A stretch of DNA of 64,000 nt from Batkoa obscura (GCA_030770535.1 JASVEC010000001.1:1798001-1862000); one strand, 5' to 3'; numbered from the stretch's first letter, positions 1 through 14,561 are shown. Notes: generated by a model not told the origin, from the sequence alone. A program made the numbers and translations.

Positions 1-994
1 TTTTTGGGAGATGATAAAGGATGGGCTTATCCAAGATTAAAGGATGCTAATATTAGTGCAGATCGTTTCCCTTCCCTTTACCTTCAGTTAGTTAAAATTA
101 TGCGTAAGATGTATCATGTTTGTAAACTGGTGCACGCTGATTTATCAGAATATAACTTACTTTACCATCATAAAAAAATTTATGTAATTGATGTATCCCA
201 AAGTGTTGAACAAGATCATCCACATGCATTTGAGTTTTTAAGATCGGATTGTACAAATATTACCGATTTTTTTAGAAAAAGAAATGTAGCTGTTATGACA
301 GTTAAGGAGCTCTTTCAATGGGTTGTAGATCCTAATTTACCAGCCGAAGATGGACCAGAGTTAGATGAAATATTGGAAGGTATTTCAGCCAAAGTAGCTG
401 GTAGAAGTTTAGAAGAAAGTAAAAAATTATTAAGTGAAGAAGAAGTGTTCAAACAAACCTATATCCCTCGTCATTTGGAAGAAGTTATCAACGTGGAAGG
501 CGATTTGGATCGTATTGAAGCTGGTAAAGGGGATGAGCTTACTTATACCTCTCTTTTGAAGGGAGTTAATATATCTAACCCTATTAAAGAAATGCAAGAG
601 CAATTACTCTCCAATAAAAAGGCACAGGGTTCCGATGAAAAGGCCAAAATATCAGATGAAGCTGAGTCTGAGGATGAAAAAGACGATGAAGATGACGATG
701 AAGAAGAAGAAAGTATAGATAGTGATAAAGAAGGAGAAGACTCAGATGAAGACAGTGATGAGTGGGAAGAAAGGGAGAAAAATGTTGGTAAAGGAAAAAG
801 ATACGAGGACCCAGAGCTTAAAAAAGTAATAACAATAATATTGATTAATAAATAAAAAATACTAAGTTTATTTATAGCAACGTAAAAAGGAAGCAAAGGA
901 ACAAGCTAGAGAAAGTAGAAAAACAAAGATACCAAAAGCAGTTAAAAAGAGAAAAGAAAAATTAACTAGTACTAAGAAAGGTAAAAAGAAATAG
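1..994 (+). CDS. RIO1: RIO1 atypical Ser/Thr kinase, 5'-truncated by the window edge; intron ~826-877
   Basis: Catalytic loop LVHADLSEYNLL, IDVSQSVE motif, acidic tract and Lys-rich last exon (KIPKAVKKRKEK) ending at TAG 992-994. Confidence 0.93.
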
Positions 995-1291
995 AGAGTT
1001 TATAGAGTTTAAAGATTATTATTAAAGAGCATTCAAATGTATCCTTTCATCTTACTTTTAAATAGCATATTTACACTTTCAAACTAGACTGTTTTTATCA
1101 TTTATTTTATATTTATTTAACGTTCTTTATTCTGTATTTAATGTTACTTTATATTTTAATAAAAATGTTAAAGTTTGTTTAAAATTTAAATATTCTTTTA
1201 TTTTACTACCAAAAAAGTAATTTTCTATAGTCGGATTTAAATCATTGAATAGATAGAGAAGGTTATTTACACTTCAAATAATAATTATGAT

Positions 1292-2872
1292 TTAAGAAAA
1301 GAGACGTTTTTCGTAATTGTGGAGACCATGGACCCCACCTTCAACCTGAGCAGCAGCAGTACGCTTTTCAAAACGTACTTTACCACTAAATACACCTTCT
1401 TGGAGAAGAGAAACTGAACGGACACCAATGTCTTGGAGACCGTGTTGGAGTCCAATGAATAAATAAGGTACAAATTTACGAATGGAACCCTTATCGACAA
1501 CTGAACCAGCTACACCTTGAGCAACTTTGATTGCATCAGATTCAGAGAAATAACGAGCTAATGAACCAGAATCTTGTTTAGCTTTATCACCTGATTTTTC
1601 CATAGCATCAATGGAGCCCATACCACGATATCTCTTGAGTCTTTTACCTTCGTGGTAAAAGTATTCTCCAGGAGACTCTAAGGTGCCTGCTAACAAACCA
1701 CCCATCATAACAGCTGAAGCACCAAGAGCTACGGCTTTAGTGATATGACCAACATTTTGGATACCACCATCAGCAATAACTGGAATACCGAATTGACGAG
1801 CAAATTGGGATACACGGTAAACGGCAGTTCCTTGAGGACGACCAACAGCCATGACTTCTTGAGTAATACAGATGGATCCAGAACCCATACCAACGCGGAG
1901 AGCATCGGCACCAGCAGCAATAAGCTCAGCAGCTTGTTCACGAGTAACTACGTTTCCAGCAATGACTTCTACTTTAGGATAAGTAGATTTAATGAATTTG
2001 ATCATCTCAATTTGGAAAGTGGAGTTTCCTTGAGAACTATCAATTACAACAATATCAAGTCCAGCTTCAACAAGTACAGCAAGACGGGTACGATCTTCTG
2101 GACGAGTACCGATAGCAGCAGCAACCAAAAGTTGCTTCGAATTTTTACATTTAGAAGCTAATGGAAAGTCACGGTTCTTAAGGAGATCGGAACGGGATAA
2201 GAGGGAAACTAGTTCGTAATTTTGATTAACGATGGGGAGTTTACCCTTTTTACTCTCTTTTAATATTTTGTTGGCTTCGTCTAAAGTGACACCTTCTTGA
2301 GCAACAACAAGCTCTTTGGTCATAACGTCACTAACCTTAGTTTCAGAGTTGTGAATAAACTGAATATCACGACCAGTAACTAAACCAATTAATTTGGAAT
2401 TTAATTTGCCATTTTCAGTGATTGGAATACCACAGAAACCATATTTAGCTTTGATGTCCCATACATCAGCAATAGTAGAATCTGGTGAAAGTACAATTGG
2501 TTCAGAAATGAAACCATTTTCAAAAGTCTTTACTTTACGAACCATTAAAGCTTGTTCTTCTGAGGAGCAGTTGTTATGAATAACACCTAAACCACCGAGT
2601 AAAGCCATATTGATAGCCATATCAGCTTCAGTAACTGTATCCATAGGACTGGAAACAAAAGGAGTTTTGAGCTTATAGTTCTTAGTAATGTTAACTTCAC
2701 AATCAACGATATGAGCAGGGAAGTCAATATGGCCTGGAAGGATTAAGAAATCATTGTAAGTTAAACCACCTGAGATTTGAGGGTCCATTAACTCTTCAGC
2801 ACTTAAACCATCAGCAGTTTGGTTCTTGAGTACTTCTAAGGCACTGGCACAGTCTAAATACTTTCCATTCAT
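1292..2872 (-). CDS. IMPDH: Inosine-5'-monophosphate dehydrogenase, intronless
   Basis: [24 protein letters not shown] pair, catalytic [19 protein letters not shown]-terminal YEKRLF. Confidence 0.97.
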   Translation of the reverse strand: MNGKYLDCASALEVLKNQTADGLSAEELMDPQISGGLTYNDFLILPGHIDFPAHIVDCEVNITKNYKLKTPFVSSPMDTVTEADMAINMALLGGLGVIHNNCSSEEQALMVRKVKTFENGFISEPIVLSPDSTIADVWDIKAKYGFCGIPITENGKLNSKLIGLVTGRDIQFIHNSETKVSDVMTKELVVAQEGVTLDEANKILKESKKGKLPIVNQNYELVSLLSRSDLLKNRDFPLASKCKNSKQLLVAAAIGTRPEDRTRLAVLVEAGLDIVVIDSSQGNSTFQIEMIKFIKSTYPKVEVIAGNVVTREQAAELIAAGADALRVGMGSGSICITQEVMAVGRPQGTAVYRVSQFARQFGIPVIADGGIQNVGHITKAVALGASAVMMGGLLAGTLESPGEYFYHEGKRLKRYRGMGSIDAMEKSGDKAKQDSGSLARYFSESDAIKVAQGVAGSVVDKGSIRKFVPYLFIGLQHGLQDIGVRSVSLLQEGVFSGKVRFEKRTAAAQVEGGVHGLHNYEKRLFS

Positions 2873-3871
2873 TTTAATTTTGGGGAATGTTAAATTTTAA
2901 ATTCCCATGATTAAAGATTGATTTCAAGCCTATTTATATTTCTCCATAATTAAAATCAAACTTTAATTGGTTAACCTTATTCTCAGTGTAAATAGATGAC
3001 AAATTACAAGCGATTAATTAAGGATGATTTATGATTTTATTGGTAGATAGGAATTAATTTTTGTGTATTTGATTTAGGTTAACCAAAGGAATACTATTAG
3101 AAGCTAGTTATTTTAGTTTAAATCTGAAGCTTTCGAATAGATCCCATAGTCCGCCCTACTGTATGTAATGATAGCTTCGTTTTCTAAAAACATCTTTACA
3201 TAAATAGCAAATATTTATAATTTATGACACTTCACCTTGATCTAAAATTGTACACAAGCTAAGCTAAAATATTAAATTCATTTATTTGTATTTTAATTAT
3301 AAATATAATAACTATTTGTAATCCAGAAGCTTTTAATCTAGGTTGATAACATTATATAACCTGCTTTGATTTATTACATATATAATATTGCAGTGGGTTG
3401 TATTAAGACATCAAATGTTCATTATCAGCAAATACCAACTTTTATTTAAAGTTTCAATTCTGTTATTTGCCTAATAAGGTATTTTAAACTTAGTTGATTT
3501 ACACTTAAGGATTGAGTTCGTTTATAATTTCAACCAGGCTTTTGAACTCGCCTTGGAATAGATTAAGTGTTTGTGATACTTTACTTCCTTGGATTTTATA
3601 TTTAAATTACTGAAGTTTCAATAATGATTATTACATTAATAAAAGATAATATATCTATATCTATTATAAGGAATTAATCAAATGAGGTTATTTTGCTGGA
3701 TGGTTTAGTTTCCATAAAATTCACTTTTTAAAACAGTTTGTTAACTATTATTAGATATACTAAACTTTCTTTTTTAAATAAATTAAATATAATTAATTAA
3801 AATTCTACTTAAAGATTAACACTAATAAATAAAAATATATATTACTATCGGGAAGTGATTTTATTTAATAA

Positions 3872-5053
3872 TTAAGCCCATTCACGAGGATTTTTCAATA
3901 CATGGACTAAAATTTCTTCTGGAGAATTAGGCTTTGGTTTGACATCATATTGCCAACGTGCAGTGAGAGGTAAAGAAACAAGGATAGATTCAATTCTTGG
4001 GTTAGGGGTATGTAAACCAAACTTAGTACCTCTATCATGAATGAGATTAAACTCAACGTATCTACCTCTTCTTAGCTGTTGCCACTCTTTTTGTTCTTGA
4101 GTAAAACCAGCGTCTTTTCTCTTTTCAACAAGGGGGAGGTAAGATGGTAAGAAAGAGTTACCACATGCTTTAACAAACTTGAATAAGTCTTCTTTATTGC
4201 CAAAGCGCTCATCTAAATCATCAAAAAATATACCGCCAATACCACGACATTCACTACGATGGGTATTAACAAAATATTTGTCACACCATTTTTTAAACTT
4301 GGGGTAAAAATCAGGGTTTGTTTGATCACATGCGGATTTTAATGTTTTGTGAAAGTGTTTGGCGTCTTCAACAAATAAATAAGCTGGTGTTAAATCCGAG
4401 CCACCACCAAACCACCAAACAGGTTCTTTAGTATTTGGATTTTCAACTTCAAAATATCTATAATTTAAATGGACCGTTGGTGCCATTGGATTTTTTGGAT
4501 GAATGACTAAAGATATTGAAGCAGTAAAAAAATTAAATGGTCCATCCCCTTCTAACTTCTCACTAGCTTCAGCACGCATCTGTTTTACAGCAGGTTTTGG
4601 TAGCTTACCATGTACTATAGAAATATTTACTCCTGCTCTTTCAAATACATTACCATCTTCCAATACACAACTTATGCCCTCTCCTCCTAATGCTCGTTGC
4701 CATGAATCTTGCTTAAAACTTTTACCATCCAATTTACTGATTTCTGAGCAGATATCCTTTTGTAGTTGTTTTATATACTCGCTCATAAGTTTCCTCATTG
4801 GTACCTCTTCTTCTACTTTTGTACTGATATACTTTGGTGCTTCACATGAAATCAAGGTTTTCTATCCAAAAAATTAAATCAAATTAAAAATATAAATTTT
4901 AATTACCTTATATAAAGAACCTAAATCATATTGTTTATTAAGATAATAACCACCTAAACCTAGACCCAGGATGGGGACGGTAACCTTCAATGGATTTTTA
5001 TAAGCAATTGTAAGTTCTTTAATATTATGTTTTATTGTGTTTAACCGATTCAT
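3872..5053 (-). CDS. HEM13: Coproporphyrinogen III oxidase with N-terminal presequence; intron 4862-4906
   Basis: WWFGGGSDLTP, RGIGGIFFDD and RRGRYVEFNL motifs; upstream exon from ATG 5053 splices in frame. Confidence 0.95.
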
Positions 5054-5534
5054 TTTTAAAATTGATTTTAGATTTTTTTGAATTTTGAATTTTATATTAC
5101 GTAGGCTAAACCTGATTGACTTAAGTAAAAATGGGCCGATTTAATTTTAAATACTTCCAAGTATAAAAATGAATTTTGCTATTGACTATATACGATAAGT
5201 TTATTTATCATGAGTTTTATTCATGAGCATATGATAAAGTTTGACATTTTTGTAATGATTTATAACATAGTGTTTTTGCCCTTTATAAATATTGTAAAAA
5301 TGAATTGATTTCTAAAGTTTAACTTATCATTGTTTTCTTACATTTAATAGTTTTTATTTTTGTATTTATCTAATGATCTTTTTCTAATATAATATCAAAT
5401 TAAATAAATTTAACTTATAGAATAATGTGTTATTTTAATGCTGTATTAATGTAGATGATTTATTCATAACTTATATTAAATAACAGTGTTAAAACTGTTT
5501 TTTATCTCATAAGAAGCTATCTTTGTCGACATAT

Positions 5535-5631
5535 GGGGGTGTTTTTTTTGGGTTCATTATTTTTTCCATCTTTTAAGCGCTATTTGAGCAGAAAGATTGT
5601 TAGTAAAATTCTTAAACAAAAATACATCCCC
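5535..5631. mobile_element. ~98-bp MITE (family M)
   Basis: GGGGGTGT...ACATCCCC ends, flanks ATAT/ATTT, homologous to the other copies. Confidence 0.9.
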
Positions 5632-6518
5632 ATTTAACCTTTACATTTTAGTTCATACTTTATTAAACTATAAAAAAACTCAAATTTTTATAAATTTTAG
5701 TGTCGAAAAAGTAAGAATAGTATAACAAAGCTAGTTACTTTAAACCTTTATAAGTACTAATTACACCAGTATTCTTTTCTGATTACGTTTCCTTGTTACG
5801 TCGTTGATATTTGGCTTTTGAGTATTTATATTACATAATACATAATACATAATACATAAGTGTGAATTTTTTAAATTTTAAAAAATATATCAATACGAAT
5901 AGTAATCTTAATTTGAAAAATCAAAATTTATTACAGTACAAGTCTATAATACATATATCAAATAAACTCTAAATGTTTATTGCTGTTAATAAGATACAGT
6001 ATAATAAAGAAGCCAAAATTTTATTTAGATATCATATTAAATTATAGTAGACCCTACTTCAATTTAACTTTTATAAAAATCGGAAAATAGAGTTTGGTTT
6101 TAGAATTAGGATCAAGTGCTCAACTTTATATTAAATTTTAAAACAATATGGGGATTTGGGGAATTATGATAAGATGATGAATTTTAATTGGTTATGAAAT
6201 GTGGTTTGATTCATTATTATGGCATATAATTTTCTCCTTAAATTTAGATTAGTTCTTTATCAAGCTAAGATTAAATTTATCATTTGCTTATTGCATACTT
6301 ATGAAAAAATAACAAAATTTCTTCTAAAATACGATGCATGATTGGGTATTTTAACAATGCGCAATCATCAATGTGGTTTTTATTGGTTAACAATGAAATC
6401 AATTAGAAGTTAACAAACCCAATTAAATACTGGTACCACATGGAATAAAAGTAAATAAAATGTAAAGAACAGAGAAATTTTCAAGATTATCTTTTGTTAG
6501 ATTAAATAAAACTCAATA

Positions 6519-8388
6519 ATGACTTCTGCCGCTAAAGCTAAACGTGCCGAAAAGAAAGCCGGTAAAAAACTTGGAAAAAAGGGTGCCGCTGCTGAAGTTG
6601 ACCCAAATGAGATCGATATGAAGTCCCTTAAAATTACTTATGATCGTTCCGCTACTGGTGTCCTTACCTCTCAAGAAAGTTCAAGAGATATAAAGATTGA
6701 ATCTTTTACTCTCTCTTTCCACGGTAGATTACTTATCTCTAATGCCACCATTGAACTCAATTTTGGTCGTCGTTATGGTCTCCTTGGTTCTAACGGTTCA
6801 GGTAAATCTACTTTCCTTAACTGTTTAGCTGCCCGCGAAGTACCTATCCCATTACACACTGATGTAAGTTTAATCTAATTTAATTTTGTGTATTTACTAA
6901 ATGATGAATAGATTTATCTTTTAAATGAAGAAGCTGAACCAAGTGAATTCACTGGTGTAGAATACGTTATTGACCATGCTGAAAGAGAAGTCGCAGTAAG
7001 TTAAATATAATATTATACTATAATTATGGCTAATCATTATTTAGCGTCTTGAACATCGTGTTGAAGAACTTCTTGGAGAAGAAGGTGGTAGTGATAACCC
7101 TGAAATTGATGATCTTTATGAACGTATTGAACAAATGGATCCTGCTACCTTTGAATCCCGTGCTGCTACACTATTAAATGGTCTTGGATTCGGACCAGAA
7201 ATGATGAAGAAAAAGACCAAAGATATGTCTGGAGGATGGCGTATGCGTGTGTCTTTAGCTAAAGCGCTTTTCATCAAACCTACTCTTTTACTTCTTGATG
7301 AGCCTACCAATCATTTAGATTTAGAAGCTTGTGTCTGGCTTGAAGAATATTTAAAGACTTATGACCGTATCTTAGTCGTTGTTTCTCATTCTCAAGATTT
7401 CTTGAATGGTGTATGTACCAACATCATGGATCTTACCCATCTTAAAACTTTAGTCTACTATGGGGGTAATTATGATACTTATGTTAGAACTAAAGCTGAA
7501 AACGAAGTCAATCAAAACAAGGCTTATGCTAAACAACAAGCTGAAATTGAGCATATTAAAAAGTTTGTAGCTTCCGCTGGTACATATGCCAATTTAGTTA
7601 AACAAGCCAAAAGTAAACTTAAGATTATTGAAAAGATGGAAGCCGATGGTCTTATCCAAAAGGTTGAAAACCCATTCCCATACAAATTCGATTTTCTTGA
7701 CGTTGATAAGTTACCTCCACCAGTATTATCATTTGCTGATGCTGCCTTTGCTTACTCTGGAAAGATGGAAGATGCTCTTTACAAACATTTAGAATTAGCT
7801 GTTGATATGGATTCCAGAATTGCTATTGTAGGACCTAATGGTGTTGGTAAATCTACCCTTCTTAAACTTATGACTGGTGAACTTCAAGCTACCGATGGAC
7901 GTGTTACTCGTCACACTAAACTTAAGCTTGCTAAATATTCTCAGCATTCTAATGACCAACTTGATGGTGAAGTTACCCCAATTGATTATATGCGTAGAAA
8001 ATTCCCTGGTGAACCACAAGAAATGGATCACTGGCGTCGTGTTTTAGGTAGATATGGTCTTTCTGGTAACCATCAAACTTCCTTAATTAAAACCTTATCC
8101 GATGGTCTTAAGTCTCGTTTAGTATTCGGAGAACTTGCTTTATCTCGCCCACATATTCTCTTGTTTGATGAACCTACCAATCATTTAGATATGGAATCTA
8201 TTGATTCTTTAGCTGATGCTATTAATAGGTTTGACGGTGGTATGGTTTTAGTATCCCATGATTTCCGTTTGATTTCTCAAGTAGCTCAAGATATATGGCT
8301 TTTACAAGATAAAAAGGTTACTTTATGGGCTGAAGGTGGTATCAAAGCTTATAAAGAATCCCTTCGTAAGAACGTTAAACTCGTTTAA
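6519..8388 (+). CDS. ARB1: ABCF2/Arb1 ABC-F family ATPase, two introns
   Basis: Two ABC domains (GSNGSGKST, MSGGWRMR, LLLDEPTNHLD; GPNGVGKST, LSDGLKSR), no TM segments. Confidence 0.93.
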
Positions 8389-8671
8389 ACTCACTTCTCC
8401 GTTATATATTCACTGTTTTATCCTTATATTAGAAATGTAATATAACTTTGATCGAAAGATTTTTAATGCTTATAGATAGTTTTATCCCAACCTTATTAAA
8501 TAAATATTTTTAATAAAATAATATTGGATGCTTAAATTTTGTTTTATTGGATAGTTAAAATAATTTATTAGAAATAGAATTATTGTAGAAATAGTGTAGT
8601 TATGAATAATTTATAATAGTTTATTAAAAGAATGTACAGTTTATGAAAAGAATATTAAATAAGATGAAATA

Positions 8672-9355
8672 TTATTCTGGTTTATCTTCAGTTGTTTTAC
8701 TTTTAAATATAGATTCTTCTAAATCTAAAATATTTTTTAAACTTTGGTTTCTAAATAAAATAAGCATAAGGCTATCAATGTAAATACTTAAAACAATAAC
8801 TATACCTTAAACAAAACCATTCTTCCAGCTTTTGAATACTCTGCTCAAAGTTTAAACTACCGGATTTATAAGCGCTTAATACTTGGTTTGATACTTCCTT
8901 TTGTTCTTCATTTTCTAAATTAACGCTAATAAAATAGTCCGTTTAGTTTAAAATTCTTATAAATAAAATAAAATCAAAACTCACCCACTATTAAACAAGC
9001 CTTTAACAACTAAAGCGTTATCTTCTTTATCAATCAATTGATCAAATTCTTCACCAACAACTTCCTCTTTATTATCTTTATCAAAACATAATGCATCGTA
9101 AGCAAGAAAAAGGTTAGAAAAACAAAACAAATTTTTCACTTCTTTAGCTGAGTCATCTAATTCAATTAATATTGAATCGGATTTAACGATCTTCTCTGGT
9201 ATATCTTCGTCTTCAAAAACAAAGTGATAATTGGCACATAATATAGATTGTTGACTAAAATCATCCGATATTATAATTTTATTGGGTAAAGTTATAGCCT
9301 TTTCTTGTATAGACTGGATGTTGTCACTAGCTGTAGACGTGGGTGATGTGGACAT
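8672..9355 (-). CDS. Small acidic protein, possibly Atg31-like; spliced
   Basis: Exons joined by GT-AG introns; YHFVFEDED...ILIELDD...V and terminal helix RNQSLKNILD resemble fungal Atg31 (by eye only). Confidence 0.5.
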
Positions 9356-9516
9356 ATTTTAAAAAATTTGTTTAATAAATAAATTTATTTTTTGATTTTA
9401 TAATTTTAGGTTTTATTTTGCAATTATTTGAATTAAAGGCTTGGTTTTTTTTGCAAAGTTGAAATTGGTGGGAAGATTTATGCTTTGAAGATTTTTAGTT
9501 TTGAATTGTTTTTAAA

Positions 9517-10999
9517 ATGGCTAAAGTAGAAAATAATAAAATTATATGGGAAAATTCAGTAAGTTAATATACAATTTGAAGTTAGGAAATATATTAAGTT
9601 ATATTAAAAGGAATTTCCAATCCTTTGCGAGTCTTGTTTAGGCCCCAACCCTTATGTTCGTATGGTAAAAGCAAAATAAATATTAATTATTATTTTTAAT
9701 ATTCATTTTAAATATTTAGACAAAACAAAGTTTTGGTAAAGAGTGCAAAGTAAGGAGAGCAATATTCTATAAAAAGAGAATGGCTAATAAAAAAGGTGTG
9801 TCAAAGACCTTTTACAGTATTTAGATGGTGTCCAGGAGCAGGTATGCGCCATAAAAAAACGGAAATATGTCAAACTTGTGCCAAGATAAAGAATGTGTGC
9901 CAAACATGTATTTTGGATCTACAGTATCATTTACCAGTACAAGTTCGAGATCAAGGGTTAAATGTAGCAGCCAACTTACCAAAAGATAGAGTGAATAAAG
10001 ATTATTTTATTAAGAATGCCGAAAAAAAAGTAAGCTTTAGCTTGGATTTATAAATTAATTTGAAAATTAATCACTGTAGCTTGAAAACGGGGAAGTAGTG
10101 TATGATTTTGAACAAGCTTCGTTAGCTGGTAAAAGTTTATTAAAAAAGATGGCGAGAGCTGAGCCTTTTTATCAAAGGAATAGACCTCATATTTGTTCTT
10201 TTTTCATTAAAGGTACTTGTACCCGTGGTGATGCTTGTCCTTACAGGTAACATATAATGATTGTATTTTTTTGGTTTAAGATTCAATTTATGTTTATTAG
10301 ACATGAAATTCCTAAAGATAACGATTTGGGTAAACAAGATATTAGAAGTAGATATTTAGGAGAAGATGATCCAGTAGCTAAAAAATTATTGGCTAGAGCT
10401 TCTAATACTTCTACCTTAGCTATACCAACCGATAAAAGTATAGTAAGCTTTATTAGCTTTATGGTTTATTTATGTTAACTTCTATAGACTTCTTTATTTT
10501 TAACGGGTGTTCAACCAGAGATAACTGAATTTGATATAAAGTAATTATTTATTTGATTGTTAATGAACTGTTATTTATTGTCATTATTAGAAAACATTTT
10601 GAAACATATGGATCAATTAAATCCGTGATAATAGTAGCTAAAGCTAAATGTGCCTTTGTTAATTTTACAGATAGAGAAGGGGCAGAAAAAGCGGCTAAAA
10701 ATAGCTTAAATGTAGAAATCAAATCGCATCCAGTTCAAGTTGCTTGGGCTAAACCTAAGCCTAAAGGACCTCAAACGGAAATTAAAGGTAAAAAGCGGTA
10801 TTCATTTAAAGGGATTATGTTGATAATTGAAATTAGAAAAAGATAATAGTGAAGCTACTAGCTCTAGTTTGTTACCTCCACCACCAGGGTCGAGTGATAT
10901 GGTTTATCCTAGTCAAGGTAGTTTAATCTTGGCTTTATTTATAATGTTTATTAAAGGATTTTAGATCCTACAATGTTGGGTTCCTATCATACTAAATAA
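9517..10999 (+). CDS. SLT11: Pre-mRNA splicing factor RBM22/Slt11/Cwf5, multi-exon
   Basis: [40 protein letters not shown] finger ([20 protein letters not shown]), RRM, YPSQDP. Confidence 0.93.
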
Positions 11000-11218
11000 A
11001 ACATTCGGGATATTATTTTGAGATACAATAAGAATATAAATAATTAAAAAAATAATCCCATTTAAATAAAACTTTGTTTTATTATATTAATAATGAGATT
11101 ATTGTAATTAGAATATATTCTTAATCTTATATATACAATAACAATTAAATAAAAACAGCACAATAATAATTAGTGTTTATTCCAAGTTTTATTTTTAAAT
11201 TAAAGAAAGTATGATTTT

Positions 11219-11862
11219 TTATTTCAATTCAAAAGAAATACCACAACCACAACCGGAAGCAGCGTTTGGATTATTGACTAATTTGAAAGTAGAACCTATT
11301 AATTCTTGTGTAAAATCCAATTGACTACCCACTATCAATGGCAAAAAAGCTTTATTTAATATAACTTTAGCCCCTTCTTTGTTTACAACTCTATTAAAAA
11401 TATTCAATAAATGAAATAAATATTAAGTTAAATGAGGCTTATAATGTATTATAATAAATTTAAATGATATCTAATGAAATAAAATAATCTAATAGAATTA
11501 ACTTACATATCTTCCTTTTCAATTTTATCGTCTAAATCAAATAATAATTTAAAGCCATGGCAGCCGCCTGATTCTATAATAATTCTTAACCCTTGATTAT
11601 CATTATTATCTCTTTTTTGTATCGTTTTAATTTGCTATAGTATATAAAATACATTATAAATATATAGCAATCATTTAAATTCAAAGCTTTAAATTACCTT
11701 AACCGCACTATCTGTAATCTCTAAATCTATTGGTATATTTGTATTCATAGTGGTTTTACTGTCTGTATACCATCTTTGAAACGGTCTCATTGAGGCTGGT
11801 TTTGACAATACATTTGTTCGATATAGTTGAAGACTTCTTTGTAATAGTGTGGATTTATTCAT
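11219..11862 (-). CDS. ISA2: Mitochondrial Fe-S cluster assembly protein Isa2; spliced
   Basis: LRIIIESGGCHGF, QELIGSTF and SGCGCGISF motifs; basic N-terminal presequence. Confidence 0.88.
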
Positions 11863-12195
11863 ATTATTAGTTTAATTAAAAATTGTTTTTTTCAAAATTG
11901 GTGCTTGGTAACTTCTAAAAGTGGAGATTTTATTGGCTAAATAGAAATTCAGCGTGATGGTCTGAGTTTATAGATCTTTTATAGTAAAATTTTAGTGAGC
12001 TTAAATTAGTAATGAAATCCAAAGAAGTTGCTTAATTCAAATTTTTTTTCAAAGTATTAAAACCCAATTTAGTTAAACTTCAAGCAACAAATTCATTATT
12101 TCAAAAAAGAAGCGAAACAGCAAAATAAATTCCAAAAATTATCCTCCATCAATTTGTTTTTCCATTTTTTTTAAAAACTTAAAATACAGCTCACA

Positions 12196-14561
12196 ATGAG
12201 TTTAAATAGTGAAGAATTAAACTTATTAATATTAAATTATTTACAAGAGAGTGGTAATTATATTTAAATATTAAATTAATTATCAATAATGAATAAAATT
12301 AAAATTAAAATTCCCTTTTAATAGGTTTCTCTCACTCAGCGTTTACATTTCAACAAGAGAGTGTAGTACCTTCAAACACATTAAATGCAACTACAATAAA
12401 ACCTGGAGCATTAGTTGATTTAGCATTAAAAGGTTTACAATATATGGAAATTGAAGCTCATGTGGATGAGGTAAGTTGAAGAAAAAAAAATTAATCCCTT
12501 TTTTTACAACCTAATATTTAATAATCAATCAATTAATCTCCCCATCTATAGGATGGTTACACCACCCATTGTCAAGCCCCATTTACCTTATTAGGAAAAC
12601 ATGAATGTGAATTAAAATCGATGGTCAAAAATCCAAAGAAAAAAGCTAAAGTTAGAAGGGAAATTATTAAGGATATGGAAGAAGTAGAATCGGATAGTAA
12701 ACTCGATAATTTAGATATGGAAGATAAAAAAGAAGTTGATAAGGTTAAAGATATTAATAAAGATATTTTGGGCTTAGAAAAGGGCAAAAGTATATTGAAT
12801 AGAAACGACAAAGTTATTACGGATGAGGAACCGGAGGAGGAAGGTGAAGGTAAGTGGTTTTTATTAATGTTTATATGAGGACAGGGGTTGATTTTTTAAA
12901 ATATAACTAGTGGATAAAGTATCTCAAAGTGATGGTACTGATCCTAGAGATAAAGCATATAATGTTGAATTAGAAAGTGAAGCTACTATATTAAATGGTC
13001 ATGATTCAGAGGTAATTGATAAAATATTAACAATTAAACCATAGTTTATTTATTTATCATTCAGGTTTATTTGTGTGCTTGGAACCCAATGTTTCCTACT
13101 CATATAGCCACAAGGTAAATAAATAAATAATATTAAATAAACTATTAATTTTAAATGATTTTGATTTAGTTCTCATGATGGATCAAGTCGAGTATGGCGC
13201 TTACCAGCAGGATCGAAATCCGATAAAATATCATCTCATTTTTTAGCATATACCTCAGTCTCTGATAGTAAAGAAACTTCTGCTATGGATTGGCATGTAA
13301 GTTTTTTAACATGTAACAACATTGTTTTATAATTTTGTTTATTAATCCTTCTACTTTTAGCCAAAAGGAACAATGTTAGCCATTGGTTCCTATGATGGTT
13401 ATTTACGTCAATATACACATAGTGGTTGGTTAAGATTTACAACGGAAGCACATTCATCACCTATATTGTCTGTAAAATATAGCCCTAAAGGAACATATAT
13501 ATTGACTGGTGGTATGGATTTTACAGCTAGATTATGGGAATCAGCAACGGGTAATCAAACTCAATTTTTTGAATGGCATGATGGTAAGTTTAGACTGAAA
13601 TCATCAAACAATTTTTTAAAGTCTAATAACTCTTTTTTTAATTTTTAGATGCGGTTACTTGCGTGGCTTGGAAAGATGATGTTATATTTACAACAGCTTC
13701 ATTGGATGGTAAATTAATATTGGGTAATGTAGATAAACAGAATAAAGTATTTGAGTTTGAGGGACATGAGGTAATAATAGTGGAATGTATTTTTTTATTG
13801 TTATACTAAATAATGTTAATAGGAAGGTATTAATTCAATTGAATGGGATGGTACTGGTACTTATTTAGCATCTGGATCGGATGATAAATTAGTTAAAGTA
13901 AGTATAAATTAAATGATTAATCTATAATATGAATTTAGATTTAATAATCATTTTTATTATAGTTATGGAACAATAATCAAAAGACAGCTATAAAAACATT
14001 ATCTGGACATGAAGGTTCAATATCCCAAGTTAAATGGGGATTAGCTCCAATTGGACCTAATAATACAAGATTATTATTTTCGTAAGATATTGTTATTATT
14101 ATTATTTATTAATTTAATTTTTATTTAATTTTAGTGCTTCCGATGACAAAAGTGTATGCGTTTGGGATGTATTAAATGGTACAATGCTATATCGATTTTT
14201 AGATCATTCTTGTAGAATATCAGCAATTGCTATATCACCAGATTCTAAATTTTTGGCTTCTTGTGCTTTGGATTCTAATGTTCATGTTTATAATACAAGT
14301 GTAAGTTGAGATTTATTTTGGAGATTATTAGGATTTTAAAGTCAATTATAATTTTTTATTTATTTTAGGATGGTAAAAAAGTCAAAACATATTTTAGATT
14401 AGGAGATTTGTTTGATATTAAATGGTGCCCAAATGGACATTCCGTTGCCGGTTGCTTTGCAGATTCTTCGGTAAGTTTTGATATTAATATTTTATAGTAA
14501 GAATTGGAAATGTTGATAATTATTTTTTATTTAGGTGGCTCTATTTGATGCTACTTTTTAA
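12196..14561 (+). CDS. SIF2: LisH + WD40 protein TBL1/Sif2 (HDAC complex), many exons
   Basis: LisH domain ELNLLILNYLQESGFSHSAFTF, KGLQYMEIEAH, GHDSEVYLCAWNP and several WD repeats. Confidence 0.85.

Noticed and set aside
1039..1075. GTATCCTTT, resembling a U12 (minor) intron 5' splice site
   Set aside because: It lies after the RIO1 stop, with no TCCTTAAC branch point at a workable distance; another match at ~23891 is inside the open VPS13 exon
543..2579. Antisense and alternate-frame ORFs over RIO1 and IMPDH (also over HEM13, ARB1, VPS13 and the GMC gene)
   Set aside because: Shadow ORFs produced by the codon bias of the real genes
1292..2872. IMPDH as a mycophenolate self-resistance gene in a biosynthetic cluster
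   Set aside because: Canonical YRGMGS motif, and no PKS or tailoring genes nearby
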